A stretch of DNA of 64,000 nt. Origin: Chthonomonadales bacterium. Lineage in GTDB: Bacteria > Armatimonadota > Chthonomonadetes > Chthonomonadales > CAJBBX01. The translations under genes and the position numbers were made by a program. Under the pieces are notes generated by a model. It was not told where the DNA came from. It saw only the letters and a program-made list of their open reading frames with translations, and made no database searches. Shown here piece after piece: positions 58,735-64,000 of the stretch. The number at the start of each line of letters is the position of its first letter. The first letter of the stretch is position 1. Location of the stretch: positions 32,001 to 96,000 of the forward strand of contig JBBIPC010000002.1 of assembly GCA_037443035.1 (NCBI GenBank). The letters are read 5' to 3'.

Positions 58735-59021
58735 GGCTCCCGCGCCGCGCGTTTTCAGGGTCATATCCATCTCCCCACCCAATAGCTGTATCTCCTATCG
58801 CCGGGGGGCAAGCGTCCGGAAGGACGCATTATACCGGAAACCTAGAGCAGGAATCCTCTCGCAACGCCCCAGAGTCCAGCCTATTGACGCCATGTGGATC
58901 TTCTGCCTTCCCGAGCGTTCGTCGCCAGCATGGTCGCAGCGCGGCAACAGCCGGCAGGCGTCAGCCACAGCGCCATGCCTCTGGATATGGAGTAGAATAC
59001 TGCTTGCAAGGGGGATGCGAC

Positions 59022-59495
59022 GTGCGACTGGCTATTGCTTCCGATCACGCTGGCGTTGACATCAAGGCCATCATTCGCGAGGAACTCGTCGCCGCTGGCC
59101 ATATAGTCGAAGACTTGGGAACTCACGACACGAACTCGTGCGACTATCCCGACTATGCGGCCATGGCTGCTTCCAGAGTCGCGGCAGGAGAAGCCGACAG
59201 AGCTGTGCTTATCTGTGGAACCGGGGTTGGGATGGCCATCGCGGCCAACAAGATCCGCGGAGCCCGAGCTGCCTCCGTGTCGGAGCCTGTTAGCGCTGCA
59301 CTCGCTCGCAGTCACAATGACGCGAACATCGTGTGCATCGGTGCTCGAATTGTAGGGCCAGAGATGGCACTGGAAATCGTGCGGACGTTTCTCTCCACCG
59401 AGTTCTCCCGCGGCGACCGTCACGTTCGTCGCGTTGGGAAGATCAGCGCCCTGGATGATGCCAGGTGCGACACGGGTGTGCGCTGCCAGCCGTAG
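59022..59495 (+). CDS. rpiB: Ribose-5-phosphate isomerase B
   Basis: IASDHAG, DYPDY, ICGTGVGM, ARSHNDAN, RHVRRV. Confidence 0.95.
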   Translation: MRLAIASDHAGVDIKAIIREELVAAGHIVEDLGTHDTNSCDYPDYAAMAASRVAAGEADRAVLICGTGVGMAIAANKIRGARAASVSEPVSAALARSHNDANIVCIGARIVGPEMALEIVRTFLSTEFSRGDRHVRRVGKISALDDARCDTGVRCQP

Positions 59496-59543
59496 CCCGC
59501 ACACGTTTCTATATCGTACACACATCGTCGAAGGAGCAGCCGC

Positions 59544-60818
59544 ATGGCCGAAACCGGCGCGACGAACATGCGTCATGCACCGCTCGCTGCGGTGGACCCA
59601 GAAGTGGCAGCAGCCATCCAAGCGGAAGCGAATCGCCTCAACCATAACATAGAGCTGATAGCCTCGGAGAACGTTGTCAGCCGCGCGGTATTGGAGGCTA
59701 TGGGCTCCGTCCTCACCAACAAGTACGCCGAAGGGTATCCCGCGAAGCGCTACTACGGCGGCTGCGAGAACGTGGACGTCGTGGAAGAACTAGCTAGGCA
59801 GCGCGCATGCAAGCTCTTCGGTGCTGAGCACGCCAACGTCCAGCCGCACAGCGGCGCACAGGCCAACCAGGCTGTGTACAGCGTCGTTCTCCAGCCCGGC
59901 GATACTTACCTGGCGCTGAGCCTGAGCGAAGGTGGTCACCTCACGCATGGATCGCCGGTGAACTTCTCCGGTACCCTGTATCGGCCCATCCATTACGGCG
60001 TTTCACCGGAGACTGGCCGCATTGACTACGACGCAGTACAGCGTCTTGCGGATGAACACCGCCCGAAGCTGATCGTGGCTGGGGCGAGCTGCTACGCGCG
60101 GATACTGGACTTCCCGCGGTTCCGTGAGATCGCAGACAGCGTCGGCGCACTGCTCATGGTGGACATGGCCCACATCGCCGGGCTGGTCGCTGCGGGGGAG
60201 CATCCGTCGCCCATACCCCATGCCCATTTCGTCACGACCACGACGCACAAGACATTGCGCGGCCCACGCGGTGGCATGATCCTCACGACAGCCGAGTACG
60301 CCCAGGCCATTGACAAAGCCGTGTTCCCGGGCATGCAGGGAGGGCCTCTCATGCACATCATCGCAGCGAAAGCGGTGGCTCTGCACGAGGCCTTGCAGCC
60401 CGGTTTCGCCGAGTACCAGCGCGCCATCCGCCGCAATGCGGCGGCACTGGCGGAATCGCTCATCCGGCGGCAATGGGCACTCGTCTCAGGAGGAACCGAT
60501 AACCACCTGGTATGGTGCGATATGCGGCCCAAGAAGATCACTGGTCGAAAAGCGGAGGTACTCCTGGATAAGGTCGGGATCACCGTGAACCGGAACATGA
60601 TCCCTGGAGATCCTGAGAAACCGTGGATCGCCAGCGGCATCCGGCTGGGCACTCCAGCGGTGACAACGAGGGGTTTCCGAGAGGCCGAGATAGAGCATGT
60701 GGCCGACCTCCTGGACCGTGCCGTCACATCACCCAACGATGAGGCTGAGTTGGCAAGGATTGCGGCTGAGGTTCGCGAACTCACCGCGCGCTTCCCCATG
60801 CCCGACGGTATCGCCTGA
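59544..60818 (+). CDS. glyA: Serine hydroxymethyltransferase
   Basis: [49 protein letters not shown]. Confidence 0.98.
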   Translation: MAETGATNMRHAPLAAVDPEVAAAIQAEANRLNHNIELIASENVVSRAVLEAMGSVLTNKYAEGYPAKRYYGGCENVDVVEELARQRACKLFGAEHANVQPHSGAQANQAVYSVVLQPGDTYLALSLSEGGHLTHGSPVNFSGTLYRPIHYGVSPETGRIDYDAVQRLADEHRPKLIVAGASCYARILDFPRFREIADSVGALLMVDMAHIAGLVAAGEHPSPIPHAHFVTTTTHKTLRGPRGGMILTTAEYAQAIDKAVFPGMQGGPLMHIIAAKAVALHEALQPGFAEYQRAIRRNAAALAESLIRRQWALVSGGTDNHLVWCDMRPKKITGRKAEVLLDKVGITVNRNMIPGDPEKPWIASGIRLGTPAVTTRGFREAEIEHVADLLDRAVTSPNDEAELARIAAEVRELTARFPMPDGIA

Positions 60819-60829
60819 GTCCCGCGGCG

Positions 60830-61303
60830 ATGGAGAGGCCGAGCTGGGACGAGTACTTCATGCAGATTGCGCGCGTTGTCGCTACTCGCGCGACATGTCC
60901 ACGCCGTTCGGTCGGCGCCGTCATCGTGCTCGACCGGCGTATCCTGACCACCGGCTACAACGGTGCGCCTCGTGGCCTTCGCCATTGCCCTCCCGACGGT
61001 CCCTACAAGGACTGGCCGGAAGGATGCATGATGAATGGTCACTGCGTGCGTGCTGTCCACGCGGAGCAGAACGCCATCGTCCAGGCGGCACTCAATGGCG
61101 TTTCGACGCGCGGAGCCACGCTCTACGTCACATGCCAGCCGTGTAACGCCTGCGCCAAGATGATCGTCAACGCAGGCATCGTTAGGGTCGTTTTTGATGG
61201 TGATTATCCAGACGCATTCGCCATGGAGGTCTTTCGAGAGGCGCAGATCGAAGTCGTTCGGTTGCCCGCCAACGCCTCTGGAGTAGAGGAAAAGCTCCTA
61301 TGA
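60830..61303 (+). CDS. dCMP deaminase / ComEB-family Zn deaminase
   Basis: RPSWDEYFM, TGYNG, HAEQNA, PCNAC. Confidence 0.92.
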   Translation: MERPSWDEYFMQIARVVATRATCPRRSVGAVIVLDRRILTTGYNGAPRGLRHCPPDGPYKDWPEGCMMNGHCVRAVHAEQNAIVQAALNGVSTRGATLYVTCQPCNACAKMIVNAGIVRVVFDGDYPDAFAMEVFREAQIEVVRLPANASGVEEKLL

Positions 61304-62328
61304 TCGCCATGGTTGCAGCGTTCCTCGTGGCGTTCGCGCTTACGGCAGCTGCGACACCGGCCGTCATACGCCTTGCCCTCCGCTGCGGCGCCATTGCGGT
61401 CCCCCGTGACCGCGACATCCACGAAGCACCGACGCCCAGGTGGGGCGGAGTCGGTATCTACGTGGGAACGGTACTGGCAATCGTGCTCTCCGTCTCCTAC
61501 CGTCACTGGAAGACGGATGGGCTCAACGGATGGACCCCTCAGCTTGTCGGGCTGTTGCTCGCCTCCACATTCATCGCCGCCGTCGGCCTCATTGACGATA
61601 TTAAGGATTTGAGGCCGCTTTGGCAGATACTGGCCATCTTCGTCGCCGGAGGCATTCTGATGGCGTTCGGCGTCCGCGTCGAGGGTATCTCCAATCCGCT
61701 CGCTGGCGCAGCGCCGTCAGGTGGGTTCGGTAGAGAGTACGACCCCAGCCGCTGGCTGCAGCTCCCCCTACCGGTCAGCATCCTGGCAACCTTGTTCTGG
61801 GTCCTCTTGGTGACGAAGACCGTGGACGCCATTGACGGGCTGGATGGCCTGGCAGCAGGTGTGTGCGCCATCTCCTCGGTAACGCTTGCGCTGCTGACTA
61901 CGGTGACCCCTCAGCCAGGAGGGCCTGCCATTGGTCTGGTAGCAGCATCACTTGCTGGCGCCTGCATTGGGTTCCTGCGCTACAACTTCAACCCGGCCAG
62001 AGTTTTCATGAGCACGGTAGGTGCCCAGTTCCTCGGGATGATGCTCGCCGGCATCTCCATCATCGGTCCCTTCAAGACCGCGACCGCGGTATCCGTCATC
62101 GTGCCACTGCTAGTCCTGGGTGTCCCCATCTTCGACTACGGCATCGTCCTTATCCGGCGCATTCAGCATCGAGCACCGCTCATGCAGGCTGACCGCCGAC
62201 ACCTCCACCATCGCCTACTGGAGCGTGGTCTGACGCAGCGCCAGGCCGTGTATTTCATCTATGGCATCACGCTGGTCTTGTGCGCCGCCGCGTTCCTCCT
62301 CTTCGCCTTCGCACGGTCCCGGACGTGA
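61300..62328 (+). CDS. Undecaprenyl-phosphate GlcNAc-1-phosphate transferase (WecA/TagO, MraY family)
   Basis: PTPRWGG, GLIDD, IDGLDGL, FLRYNFNPARVFM, ADRRHLHHRL. Confidence 0.9.
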   Translation: MIAMVAAFLVAFALTAAATPAVIRLALRCGAIAVPRDRDIHEAPTPRWGGVGIYVGTVLAIVLSVSYRHWKTDGLNGWTPQLVGLLLASTFIAAVGLIDDIKDLRPLWQILAIFVAGGILMAFGVRVEGISNPLAGAAPSGGFGREYDPSRWLQLPLPVSILATLFWVLLVTKTVDAIDGLDGLAAGVCAISSVTLALLTTVTPQPGGPAIGLVAASLAGACIGFLRYNFNPARVFMSTVGAQFLGMMLAGISIIGPFKTATAVSVIVPLLVLGVPIFDYGIVLIRRIQHRAPLMQADRRHLHHRLLERGLTQRQAVYFIYGITLVLCAAAFLLFAFARSRT

Positions 62329-62330
62329 CC

Positions 62331-63449
62331 ATGCCTCTTCGAGCTGTGTGCGTCTTTGGAACGCGACCGGACGCCATCAAGATGGCGCCAGTCGTTCTCG
62401 AGCTTCGGTCGCATCCTGACCGGTGGAGCGTCCGAACCATCGTCACCGGCCAGCACCGGGAGCAGCTTGACCAGGTCTTGGAGGTGTTCGGCATCGCCCC
62501 TGACGTGGATCTGTCCATCATGCAGCACGGCCAGTCTCTTGCGGACATAACGACCCGCGCGTTGAGCGGTCTCGACCGTGCGCTCGGGCGGGAGGACGCG
62601 GACATTGTGCTGGCACAGGGCGATACAACGACAACGTTTGTCGCCGCTCTGGCCTCGTTCTATCACCGGATTCCATTTGGGCACGTGGAGGCTGGACTCC
62701 GCACGCAGGACATGTACGACCCGTTCCCCGAGGAGATGAACCGGCGCCTCGTGGGTTCTCTGGCATCTTTCCACTTCCCGCCAACCGAAAGGGCCCGGAA
62801 CAACCTGCTCCGCGAAGGTGTTCCCGACCAGCGTATCACTGTTACCGGCAACACGGGAATAGACGCTCTCCTCATTGTCGCGGAAGGCTTTGTCAAGATC
62901 GAGGATGCCCACCTCGCGACCTTGCTGCATTCGGAGCGCCCTATTGTCTTGATTACGGCCCATCGCCGTGAAAACTGGGGAGAACCACTGGCGCGCATCT
63001 GCCGTGCCATTGCGGTCCTAGCCGAGCGGTTTGTCGGCGCGGAGTTCGTGTTCGCCTGGCATAAGAACCCTATCGTTCGCGACACCGTCCGACGGGAACT
63101 TCCTGCGCGAAAGAACGTCCATCTGTTGGAGCCGCCCGCCTATGGACCATTCGTCAAGCTCATGAAGGCATCTACTCTCATCCTGACCGACTCCGGGGGC
63201 ATCCAGGAGGAAGCGCCCAGTCTCGGGGTACCGGTTCTTGTCATGCGGCAGACGACCGAGCGCCCCGAGGGGGTTGCGGCGGGCGTAGCACGATTGGTCG
63301 GCACCGACCCCGATACCATCGTCCAGGAGGCGACGACGCTTCTTACAGACGCTGAAGCACGGGAAGCCATGCGCAGCCGCTCGAATCCCTACGGGGATGG
63401 TCAGGCGGCGCGCCGGATCCGTCAGCGCCTCGAGGACGTCCTCGCATGA
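62331..63449 (+). CDS. wecB: UDP-N-acetylglucosamine 2-epimerase (non-hydrolysing)
   Basis: FGTRPDAIKMAP, TGQH, QGDT, HVEAGLR, PEEMNR, HRREN, TDSGGIQEEA, NPYGDG. Confidence 0.95.
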   Translation: MPLRAVCVFGTRPDAIKMAPVVLELRSHPDRWSVRTIVTGQHREQLDQVLEVFGIAPDVDLSIMQHGQSLADITTRALSGLDRALGREDADIVLAQGDTTTTFVAALASFYHRIPFGHVEAGLRTQDMYDPFPEEMNRRLVGSLASFHFPPTERARNNLLREGVPDQRITVTGNTGIDALLIVAEGFVKIEDAHLATLLHSERPIVLITAHRRENWGEPLARICRAIAVLAERFVGAEFVFAWHKNPIVRDTVRRELPARKNVHLLEPPAYGPFVKLMKASTLILTDSGGIQEEAPSLGVPVLVMRQTTERPEGVAAGVARLVGTDPDTIVQEATTLLTDAEAREAMRSRSNPYGDGQAARRIRQRLEDVLA

Positions 63450-64000
63450 CCACGGCACCGCGCAATGCACCGGAACTATGGACGGCCGCGGTGACGCGCA
63501 TGCTGCTCCGGCTGGCCGTCTACATCATCATCGTCGTGGCGCTGTGGTACGTTCTCGGGCGCCTGAAGTCCCTTATTACAACGCTGTTCGTGGCCACGAT
63601 CCTCGCCTACATCATCCGGCCCCTGGCATGTTGGCTGGTTGCGAGACGCTTTTTCCGACGTCTGCACGGTGCCGTCGCAGCACCATTCATGGCATTGGTG
63701 CCGCCGCGTTCTCGGCCCTCTCATGGCATCCCCATTCGCGCATTGCGCGTCATCGCGTCCCTCTACGTCCTTGTCGCGCTCTTCGTAGGCGGCTGGTACT
63801 CGGCCAAGTACTTGATCAGTCCGTTCACCACGGAAATCCGGAACGTCCAGGAAAACTGGGAAGACTACCGCGCCAGCCTCCAGCGGATCGAACGGCAGGC
63901 GCGTGAGTGGTACACGCAGCAGATCAAGCCGGAGTACCGCCGGTGGCTCGAGAAGCAGTTCAGCGGAGCGGCAGGAGGGAGCATGGTTGGAGATGGCGCC
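63446..64000 (+). CDS. AI-2E/PerM-family membrane transporter (5' part; runs off window end)
   Basis: Manual translation from ATG 63446 (ATGA overlap with wecB): …LAVYIIIVVALWYVLGRLKSLITTLFVATILAYIIRPLACWL…IASLYVLVALFVGGWY…, open to the window end. Confidence 0.65.
   Translation, partial: MTTAPRNAPELWTAAVTRMLLRLAVYIIIVVALWYVLGRLKSLITTLFVATILAYIIRPLACWLVARRFFRRLHGAVAAPFMALVPPRSRPSHGIPIRALRVIASLYVLVALFVGGWYSAKYLISPFTTEIRNVQENWEDYRASLQRIERQAREWYTQQIKPEYRRWLEKQFSGAAGGSMVGDGA

Noticed and set aside
1..64000. CRISPR arrays, tRNA/rRNA, IS elements, prophage, tandem repeats
   Set aside because: None seen by eye. Intergenic spaces are short, and no transposase or phage ORFs were recognised.

Overview
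A GC-rich bacterial chromosomal segment made up mostly of core genes. It is probably from an Armatimonadota-like diderm: this is inferred from three prepilin-type DUF1559/H-X9-DG paralogs, TolC and Mla genes, and Terrabacteria-like gene orders. In order it holds: the 5' part of uvrA and a TolC/MacAB-type operon; an 11-subunit complex I operon (nuoABCDHIJKLMN, no nuoEFG) with an NPCBM-GH36 alpha-galactosidase gene between nuoM and nuoN and a degenerate Fic/Doc gene at its end; a TPP riboswitch controlling a pseudopilin-like DUF1559 gene and thiamine pyrophosphokinase; trxA, kbl, purD, dnaB, rplI and mlaEFD; a Zn-finger/MBL/radical SAM unit; ftsEX-M23-EamA-xerC-hslV; rplU-rpmA-obgE-tdh; a DeoR-associated catabolic locus; and argS, rpmB, rpiB-glyA-deaminase-wecA-wecB-AI-2E. 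I saw no CRISPR array, rRNA, tRNA, IS element or prophage. The two most interesting signals are the TPP-riboswitch-controlled pseudopilin-like gene (a candidate pilin-based thiamine acquisition system) and the glycoside hydrolase translationally coupled inside the respiratory operon. All family assignments are from motifs read by eye; no searches were run.
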